Shown here: positions 57,813 through 64,000 of the stretch, piece by piece
How positions within the stretch are numbered: the stretch's first letter is position 1
Layout of the letters: each line of letters opens with the position of its first letter
Origin: an uncultured Oscillospiraceae bacterium
GTDB lineage: Bacteria; Bacillota; Clostridia; Christensenellales; CAG-138
Assembly: GCA_964411275.1 (NCBI GenBank)
Contig: CAYPKG010000007.1
Coordinates: 7,348-71,347 of the forward strand
Reading direction: 5' to 3'
Length of the DNA: 64,000 bases
Notes under the pieces: generated by a model
What the model saw: only the letters and a program-made list of their open reading frames with translations
What the model was told of the DNA's origin: nothing
Databases searched by the model: none
Position numbers and translations under genes: made by a program

Positions 57813-58985
57813 TTACAGATGTTCGATCACCCGGACCCGGATCATGCCGCTGATGTTCGTGAGCGCGTCCACCGCGCTCTTGGGCAGAGCATTGTCCAGA
57901 TCCAGCAGCGTATATGCGATATCGCCCCGGCTCTTGTTCACCATGTTGGCGATATTGCAGTTTGCTGCCGCCACAATGGCCGCCAGCTGACCCACCATGT
58001 TGGTCACATTGGAGTGCAGGGCGCAGATCCGGCATTGCCCGGAGGGGGCCATGATGCAAGCGGGGAAATTCACGCTGTTTTCCACATTCCCGAGACGCAG
58101 GTATTGATGGAGCTGCCTGGCCGCCATGCGCGCGCAGTTTTCTTCGCTTTCCGGGGTGGACGCCCCCAAATGCGGCACCAGCACCACGCCTTTTTTCCCA
58201 ATCAGCTCCTCGCTGGGGAAATCGCAGATATAGCGGCTTAGCCGCCCAGACGCAAGGGCTGCAAGGGCCGCAGCATTGTCCACCAGCCCGCCCCGGGCAA
58301 GGTTTAACAGCATGGCCCCGGGCTTGATGAGGGACAGGGCCTTTTCTCCTATATAATTGCGGGTCTTTTCCATCAGCGGCACATGGATTGTCAGATAATC
58401 GCAGCGGGGCAGCAGCTCCTCCATGGAATTCGCCCGCTGGATCGACCGGGACAGGCCCCAGGCATGCTCGATGGAAATAAACGGATCATACCCCACCACA
58501 TGCATGCCGATGGCATGCGCGTCGTTTGCCACCATGACGCCGATTGCGCCAAGGCCGATGACCCCCAGTGTTTTGCCGTACAGCTCGTGGCCGATAAACT
58601 GCCGCTTCCCCTGCTCCACCTCAACGGGCACGTCCGGGCCGTTTAGGGTATTCACCCACGCGATGCCTTCCATGACATTGCGCGAGGCCAGCAGCATACA
58701 GCACAGCGCCAGTTCCTTCACGGCGTTGGCGTTGGCGCCGGGGGTGTTGAACACGGCCACGCCCGCCTCGGTGCAGCGCTCAATGGGGATGTTGTTGGTG
58801 CCTGCACCCGCCCGGGCAATTGCCAGCAATTCCGAATTCAGCTCGCGCCCCCGGCAGTCCGCACTGCGTACCAAAATGGCTTCAGGGTTCGCTGCGTCGG
58901 AAGATACCTGATAGGCGTCCTTGCCCAGATGCTCATAAATGGCATCCGAAATCGCATTGAGAGTCAGTATCCGGTACATACTCAC
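57813..58985 (-). CDS. serA: D-3-phosphoglycerate dehydrogenase with C-terminal ACT domain
   Basis: 390 aa. GVIGLGAIGVMVA NAD motif, NLARGGL and VPHLGAST contexts, and an ACT-like tail. Confidence 0.85.
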   Translation of the reverse strand: MSMYRILTLNAISDAIYEHLGKDAYQVSSDAANPEAILVRSADCRGRELNSELLAIARAGAGTNNIPIERCTEAGVAVFNTPGANANAVKELALCCMLLASRNVMEGIAWVNTLNGPDVPVEVEQGKRQFIGHELYGKTLGVIGLGAIGVMVANDAHAIGMHVVGYDPFISIEHAWGLSRSIQRANSMEELLPRCDYLTIHVPLMEKTRNYIGEKALSLIKPGAMLLNLARGGLVDNAAALAALASGRLSRYICDFPSEELIGKKGVVLVPHLGASTPESEENCARMAARQLHQYLRLGNVENSVNFPACIMAPSGQCRICALHSNVTNMVGQLAAIVAAANCNIANMVNKSRGDIAYTLLDLDNALPKSAVDALTNISGMIRVRVIEHL

Positions 58986-59106
58986 TTGCCGCGCGCCGGT
59001 TACCCGGCGGCGGACTTCCTTTCTAAATTGTTAAATATTGCAGCGCGCCTGTGGGCGCGCGACATTTCTAATTTTGTTAAAAAACCGCTTCTGCTTGTGT
59101 TACCCG

Positions 59107-60189
59107 CTACCGGTTTTCTTTTTGAAACCGGGACAAGAAATCCAGCATGGACGCCATGCCGTCCTCGTTCATACTATTGCAGGCAGACAGGCAGATGCTG
59201 CCGTCATCCATCGGGCCGTTTAGCCCCACAAAACCCAGGCGGCCGGACTGCGCGAGGAACTGCCGCCTGAGCGTTTCGTCCGGAAGCCGGAACACGATGC
59301 TGCAGTTTGAACGGCTGTCCACATGGGCGGTAGGCTGATAAAACCTGGAGTTATCCAGCACGTCATATACCCTTGCCGCTTTCTCCCTGTTTCGCCGGCC
59401 AATGGAGGCCAGCCCACCCTCGCGCTCCATCTGCTCGAGCATGCGCTTGCAAACCAACAACGAGATCACAGGCAGAGAATACGTGGGAATGCTCCCCTCC
59501 AGCAGGCGCTTATAGCTGAGCATGGCAGGCATGCTCATAGGCGGATCCTTACGGACCAAGTCCCGCCGCATAATCACCAATGTGAGCCCAGGCGCGCCAA
59601 GTACGCTCATGGCGTCGGCGTAGATGAGCCCATACCGGGAAATATCTATTTCATCAAAAAACAAGCAGTTGGACGCGTCCGCCACCAGCATCACATCGCC
59701 CACATCAGGAAGTCGGTCAAGAAAGCTGGTGCCCTGGGCCGCGTTGTCCAGAACCAGGTGCACATAATCGGCAGACGGATCAAACATGGCCCGGGTGGTA
59801 TCGGGAATGCGGTCAAAGCCGGTATCACTGCTGCTGGCCACAACCCGGGCGATGCCGACTTTATCCGCCTCGGCCTTGGCATATTCCGCGCGGCGGCCCG
59901 TCAAAAGAAAATCCGCCCGGGAATTGCGCATCAGATTCATCGGAATTTGCGCGTGCTGTAAAATATGGCTGCCGGCAAGCACCAATACCCCATATTCCTC
60001 TGGAATACGCAGCACCCGCCGAAACGCTTCCTCCGTCTCCGCCAGGAGATTTTGTCCCAGGCCGCTGCGGAAATTGAGTTCCAGCACGGAAAGGCCGCTC
60101 ATTTGATAATTGCTCAAATCATTTTGAAGGGTCTCTACCACCTTCTTGGGAATGATGGTAGTTCCTGTCCCGAAATCGTATGCCCGCAT
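59107..60189 (-). CDS. SerC-like class-V aminotransferase-fold protein with degenerate active site
   Basis: 360 aa, collinear with SerC, but the Schiff-base lysine position reads Ser (YADAMSV versus YAGAQKN). See findings. Confidence 0.8.
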   Translation of the reverse strand: MRAYDFGTGTTIIPKKVVETLQNDLSNYQMSGLSVLELNFRSGLGQNLLAETEEAFRRVLRIPEEYGVLVLAGSHILQHAQIPMNLMRNSRADFLLTGRRAEYAKAEADKVGIARVVASSSDTGFDRIPDTTRAMFDPSADYVHLVLDNAAQGTSFLDRLPDVGDVMLVADASNCLFFDEIDISRYGLIYADAMSVLGAPGLTLVIMRRDLVRKDPPMSMPAMLSYKRLLEGSIPTYSLPVISLLVCKRMLEQMEREGGLASIGRRNREKAARVYDVLDNSRFYQPTAHVDSRSNCSIVFRLPDETLRRQFLAQSGRLGFVGLNGPMDDGSICLSACNSMNEDGMASMLDFLSRFQKENR

Positions 60190-60258
60190 CCGCGCCTCCT
60201 TCGTTGCATCGTCAATTGATCCATATATAGATCATGATGCTCCGTGATAGATGTTGCT

Positions 60259-60287
60259 ATTATATCGCTTCCCAAACGATTAGGCAA
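60259..60287 (-). promoter_or_regulatory. Sigma-A-type promoter of the serC-like/serA/DUF1015/ask unit
   Basis: Minus strand: TTGCCT, 17 nt, TATAAT, about 70 nt upstream of the start codon. Confidence 0.5.
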
Positions 60288-60640
60288 GAATTCACAACCG
60301 TTTCCTTCCACTGTTCTTTATTTTTTGTTGGGAAACGGCTGGAAACTCCTTCCATCCTGGGATATTATGCAATTTTGAGTATTAATTTGCATGTCCAAAG
60401 TGTTTCCCATATGTAAACAATATAAGTCGAAATATTCATCTTGTTTTTGTAATAACTTTGTTATGCCCCGAAATATCTAGGAAATATTTTAATTCAAGTT
60501 TCCGTTCACGATTTATCCATGCAATAATTTGGCATAAATATACGAAATTGCCTTTGTAATGGATCGGTTTTTGCTTTACACTCTGGGCATGCGGAAACGA
60601 AATCTGCAAGAAAATTTTCCTTTGAAAGGAGTACAACGAA

Positions 60641-61639
60641 ATGAAGAAACTCATCTCACTTATGCTGGGGATCACACTTATGCTGGGGATCACAATGCCC
60701 GCGATGGCATTCACCGGCCTGGACCAAAAGAAAGCCAGCAAGGACCCATGGAAAATCTCCCTGCAACTGGTGGACTACAGCACCGCAACCTTCGCAAGCG
60801 GCTACTACACCAGCCTCCCCAGCCCCACCCGGGGGTATCTCAAAAACGAAATGGTCGGCGCGGTGGCGTCCCTGCACGTGCCGGAAAAAGCCCAGGACGG
60901 CCAGGCACAGCTGTGGTTCACCTCGGAAAACGTCAAGATTTGGGACGTAATCGCGGAAAATAGGGACAAGGACGGCGCCGTCGCTGACGCGGCCAGTCTG
61001 AAGGCAGGCAGCAAAACCGACATCAAGGCGGACGGCTATCAGGGCAGCACATACCGCTATCTGCTGCTGGGGCAATTGGTTGGCGCGAAGGGCTCCCTCA
61101 CAGGCAAGGTTGTGGACACCACAGACTCCAAGAGCATCCCGGAAGCGGGCGTCACCGTGTCCCAGTATCTCATCAAGCGCACGGGCAATGTGTTTTCCAT
61201 GACAAAGGAAGGAAATGAAGTGACGGTCACGGTAGATAACAATAATTACTGCAAATCTATGACCGTGGCGCCGGAGGGCGAGGAAGCCGCGAAGGTGGCC
61301 ACTTTGGACGGCAGCATTGCTTTCCAATTGGACAACAGCATCATTTCCAAGGGCAACAGCGCCTACGATACGTACATTGACGTATATAAGGACATGAAAA
61401 GCGCCCTGGGGCTGGATTACACCGAGAGCGGATATCTGTATGACAGTTATTTCTACGGCGTGAAGGGCACGATCTCGGTATCCGATACCGTGTATCTGGA
61501 GCCGTATACCTCCTCCATCGTCGTGCCTGAAGTACCCGTGCAGCCGCCGAAAACCGGCGACGCGTCCACAATGGTGGGCATTGTGATGGTCATCGCCGCC
61601 CTGGCCGGGGTAGCCACCGCGAAAAAAGTGCGTAACTGA
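60641..61639 (+). CDS. Cell-wall-anchored surface protein with (S/P)PXTG-type sorting signal
   Basis: Signal peptide. The C-terminus reads PPKTGD, then a hydrophobic stretch (MVGIVMVIAALAGVATA), then KKVRN. Confidence 0.75.
   Translation: MKKLISLMLGITLMLGITMPAMAFTGLDQKKASKDPWKISLQLVDYSTATFASGYYTSLPSPTRGYLKNEMVGAVASLHVPEKAQDGQAQLWFTSENVKIWDVIAENRDKDGAVADAASLKAGSKTDIKADGYQGSTYRYLLLGQLVGAKGSLTGKVVDTTDSKSIPEAGVTVSQYLIKRTGNVFSMTKEGNEVTVTVDNNNYCKSMTVAPEGEEAAKVATLDGSIAFQLDNSIISKGNSAYDTYIDVYKDMKSALGLDYTESGYLYDSYFYGVKGTISVSDTVYLEPYTSSIVVPEVPVQPPKTGDASTMVGIVMVIAALAGVATAKKVRN
60659..60694 (+). repeat. Perfect 18-bp tandem duplication inside the signal-peptide coding region
   Basis: CTTATGCTGGGGATCACA repeated twice, encoding LMLGIT-LMLGIT. 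Confidence 0.95.
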
Positions 61640-61723
61640 TTTTTAGAACATATGGTTAAATAGTCAAATAGTAAATAATCAAATCGAAGGATATCCTGGT
61701 GGTTGCCGGGATATCCTTTCAGT

Positions 61724-61791
61724 ATGTCAAAAAACCGCCGCTGCTACGCAGCTTGCACTTTTTTGAGGGTTCACGTTTTGATTGTTCGACT
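61724..61791 (+). repeat. 68-nt repeat (family 2), copy B
   Basis: Matches the reverse complement of 52539..52606 at 60 of 68 positions. It lies about 85 nt after the surface-protein stop. Confidence 0.7.
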
Positions 61792-62245
61792 ATGTCTCAC
61801 GGTCATCAAAACGTGCAAAGTACCCAATTTTCTAATGAAAATTGGTTCCGAATTCGCCGCACATGTCGCCGAATTCGGCTGAACATCAAGGGGTTACGAC
61901 CCCTTGATAATCCCCAAAGGACTTTTGCGACAGTCTCGAAGGATATCCTACATGGATGGCGAAGCCACAAAACTCTTCTTACCGCGTTTGCATGATACGA
62001 ATGCCGGGAGCGCGAATCTGTGCTTTTGCCGTGGCGGCACCCGGCATTTCGCGAGGCAAGTGTATTCCGTAACAGTGGTCTATCAGGTTCAATCTAGCTG
62101 GGGTATGAAGAAAGCCTTCCCCCTAGATCCTCCCGCAGGGGAGGGTCTTAGGGGTGAAGGTTTGGATGGGGGTGAGGGTGGGGCAACACCGGCCCAGGAG
62201 GGGCAGAAACATAACGCTATATTAAAAAACAAAAATTAAATCACA

Positions 62246-62605
62246 CTATTTCACCCTGGAGCCAAATGGCATCAGCGCCAGCTTTGCAAACTTAAAGCAC
62301 TGCAACCCCAGGGGAATGCCCACGATTGTCACGCACAAAACCGCCCCCACCAACAGCGCCTCCAGTGCCAGTGGAAGGCCGGAGATCAGCAGCCATACGA
62401 TGTTCAAAGCCAGCGAGCCCAAGCCGCCGCCATATACGATTTCCTTTCCGAAGGGGACGAATATCAGCTTTGCAAACTTAAAGCACTGTAGGCCCCAGGG
62501 AATGCCCACGATTGTAATGCACCAAAGCAGCCCCGCCAGAAACCAGCTGATTCCCAGCACAAGCCCCCCTGTAAAAAACCAAAGCACATTCAAAAAACAA
62601 CCCAT
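62246..62605 (-). CDS. YccF-family (DUF307) inner membrane protein
   Basis: 119 aa with two internal repeats, TIVGIPWGLQCFKFAKL and TIVGIPLGLQCFKFAKL. Confidence 0.85.
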   Translation of the reverse strand: MGCFLNVLWFFTGGLVLGISWFLAGLLWCITIVGIPWGLQCFKFAKLIFVPFGKEIVYGGGLGSLALNIVWLLISGLPLALEALLVGAVLCVTIVGIPLGLQCFKFAKLALMPFGSRVK

Positions 62606-62606
62606 A

Positions 62607-63557
62607 TTAGCTCAACTCCGACTGCTCCAGGGCCTGATAGATTTCCTGCACACCCTGCGCTATTCTCGGCCCCGGCCGGTTCACAAGCACCGCGTCCACA
62701 CTGTAGATCCGGCCTTCCTTCACGGCGGTCAGGTCTTGAAATCCATCCATCTTGATTACGTTGGAAAGGCTGTACGCCCCGGAGATCAAAATCACCTGGG
62801 GGTCCAGCTGCTTTAGCGTTTCCATCGTATACACCGGCCACAAGCCCTGCCCCTCGCCGGACACGGGGATGCCCCCCGCCATGCGGATGAGCTCGCACAC
62901 GAAGCTGTCCTTCCCAGCCGTCATGTGCTCGTCCTGGGCAATGCTTTCAATATAATAAACCGTTTGCGGCATAAGCCGTTCCGCCTGGGCGGAAGCCTCC
63001 TGCACCTCGTCCTGCATCCGCTGAATGAGGCTGGACGCGTCCCCGCCCATGATCTGGGCGATGAGGGCGATGGCGGAATAGACGTCCCCATATGTCATAC
63101 CCTCGGTGCACACAGTGGTGATGCCCGCCGCCTGAAGCGCCGCTGTAAGCTCCGGATCATCCGCTAAAAAGACCATGTCCGGCTCCATGGCGATGATCTC
63201 ATCCACCCCCTGCACCTTGGGTACATCCAGGGTAGCCTCCGGATAATCACAGTTCACGCCAAGGCCGATGATGGCGCTTTCAAGTCCCAGCTCATACAAT
63301 ATCTCCGCCGTGGCGGGGCTCAGGCACACCACCCGGGAAGGCGCGCCCTTCACTTCAAACTGATTGCCCAGCATGTCCGAAAGCATCATGGACACGCCCT
63401 GGTCATCGATTTCCGGTGGGCTTGGGCTTTCCTGAGGTGCGGGGGTCTCCTGACCGGAGGGGGGCGTTGCCTCCCCCTGGTTTCCTGTGGGCGCGCCGCA
63501 CGCGCTTGCAAATAAGGCCGCTATCAGCACAAGGCAAAGCAGGCGTGATTTCTTCAT
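62607..63557 (-). CDS. ABC transporter periplasmic-binding lipoprotein (iron-siderophore/cobalamin type)
   Basis: Lipobox FASAC. Sequence VVCLSPATAEILYELG, typical of the FecB/BtuF-type fold. Confidence 0.85.
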   Translation of the reverse strand: MKKSRLLCLVLIAALFASACGAPTGNQGEATPPSGQETPAPQESPSPPEIDDQGVSMMLSDMLGNQFEVKGAPSRVVCLSPATAEILYELGLESAIIGLGVNCDYPEATLDVPKVQGVDEIIAMEPDMVFLADDPELTAALQAAGITTVCTEGMTYGDVYSAIALIAQIMGGDASSLIQRMQDEVQEASAQAERLMPQTVYYIESIAQDEHMTAGKDSFVCELIRMAGGIPVSGEGQGLWPVYTMETLKQLDPQVILISGAYSLSNVIKMDGFQDLTAVKEGRIYSVDAVLVNRPGPRIAQGVQEIYQALEQSELS

Positions 63558-63739
63558 ACCGGTATCCTCCCATATCGCCTGGATACGTTTTTTTCAGAAG
63601 CGTACGCCAGGCACATTCTTCCTGGATTGTACCATTTCACGCCCCCGGTTTCAATGAATGGCGGATGTGTTCATACAATGTTCACCTGAGCTTTTGATTT
63701 CGTTCCCGCTTCACCATATCCATATATCCATTCGGTAAG

Positions 63740-64000
63740 GCAAGGGCGGAAGACACGCTGACCCCCGCCGCCGAACTTGCCTATGCCGGAAACGGCGATT
63801 ACCAATGCGGCGAGTGGTGTCAATTCTGCAAGGCGAAGCACGACTGCCGCGAGCGTGCGGACTACAATCTGGAACTCGCAAAATTTGACTTCCGGCTTCC
63901 TCCACTGCTTACAGATGAGGATGTTGAAGAAATCCTCGGCCGCATCGATGGGCTGGTCTCCTGGGCAAACGACATCAAGGAATACGCTCTGCAGGCAGCG
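63740..64000 (+). pseudogene. 5'-truncated DUF2800 (phage/ICE PD-(D/E)XK-like) gene, runs off the window
   Basis: The frame opens after a TAA at 63737. Translation: AELAYAGNGDYQCGEWCQFCKAKHDCRERADYNLELAKFDFRLPPLLTDEDVEEILGRIDGLVSWANDIKEYALQAA. This matches the C-terminal third of DUF2800 proteins as recalled. No start codon or RBS, and the N-terminal ~250 aa are absent. Confidence 0.65.

Noticed and set aside
62279-62521. Two 57-nt segments inside yccF that are about 88% identical at the DNA level, offset by 186 nt.
   Set aside because: The offset is in frame and corresponds to the two DUF307 repeats that define YccF proteins. It is an internal domain duplication (possibly homogenised), not an independent element.

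Overview
This is a 64-kb, densely coding, GC-rich segment: hand-counted 100-nt samples give about 60-63% GC, with a few 40-49% islets. The gene repertoire looks clostridial/Firmicutes (NrdR, YlmC/YmxH- and YaaH-like sporulation proteins, tandem DegV genes, a (S/P)PXTG sortase substrate). I count about 60 protein genes. I saw no rRNA, tRNA, CRISPR array, intact transposase or integrase, or recognisable defence genes. Left to right the window holds:
- a PAS-GGDEF cyclase, then a DUF4003-like gene plus a UvrD-like helicase;
- a GntR regulator whose target operon starts with two deletion-fused gene fragments, followed by an intact three-subunit molybdenum hydroxylase;
- pgeF-nrdR, sporulation genes, an amidohydrolase/HAD pair, a beta-CASP RNase and two DegV genes;
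- an M20 peptidase plus an amino-acid ABC importer;
- a long minus-strand run: Re-citrate-synthase-like enzyme, small P-loop protein, thrC, nitrilase-family enzyme, CtpA-like protease, flavin reductase, FMN-dependent oxidase;
- ComEC and ZapA;
- a TetR-controlled CoA-transferase / enoate-reductase / two-subunit aconitase-X cluster;
- a low-GC TetR plus alpha/beta-hydrolase islet, PadR-DUF2812, NudC and a VanY-like peptidase;
- a BMP-type ABC importer;
- a serine/aspartate-family supercluster: two serC/serA pairs, DUF1015, aspartate kinase and a second ThrC-like enzyme;
- a surface protein, YccF, an iron/B12-type binding protein, and a 5'-truncated DUF2800 (phage/ICE-type) gene at the right edge.

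The most noteworthy observations are:
1. A full-length SerC paralogue has lost the PLP lysine and most active-site residues, yet it heads a serA-DUF1015-aspartate kinase unit.
2. The AcnX dehydratase + ene-reductase + CoA-transferase regulon is a candidate undescribed hydroxy-acid dehydration/reduction route.
3. Two small repeat families are not explained by any gene. One is a nested palindromic MITE-like element. The other is a 68-nt element present as an inverted pair bracketing the ser/ask cluster.
4. A 600-bp hairpin-, direct-repeat- and G-tract-rich convergent spacer.
5. An octamer-periodic repeat in the leader of the citrate-synthase-like gene.

I did not find a convincing self-contained novel defence or mobile system. 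All family names come from motif recognition by eye; no searches were run.
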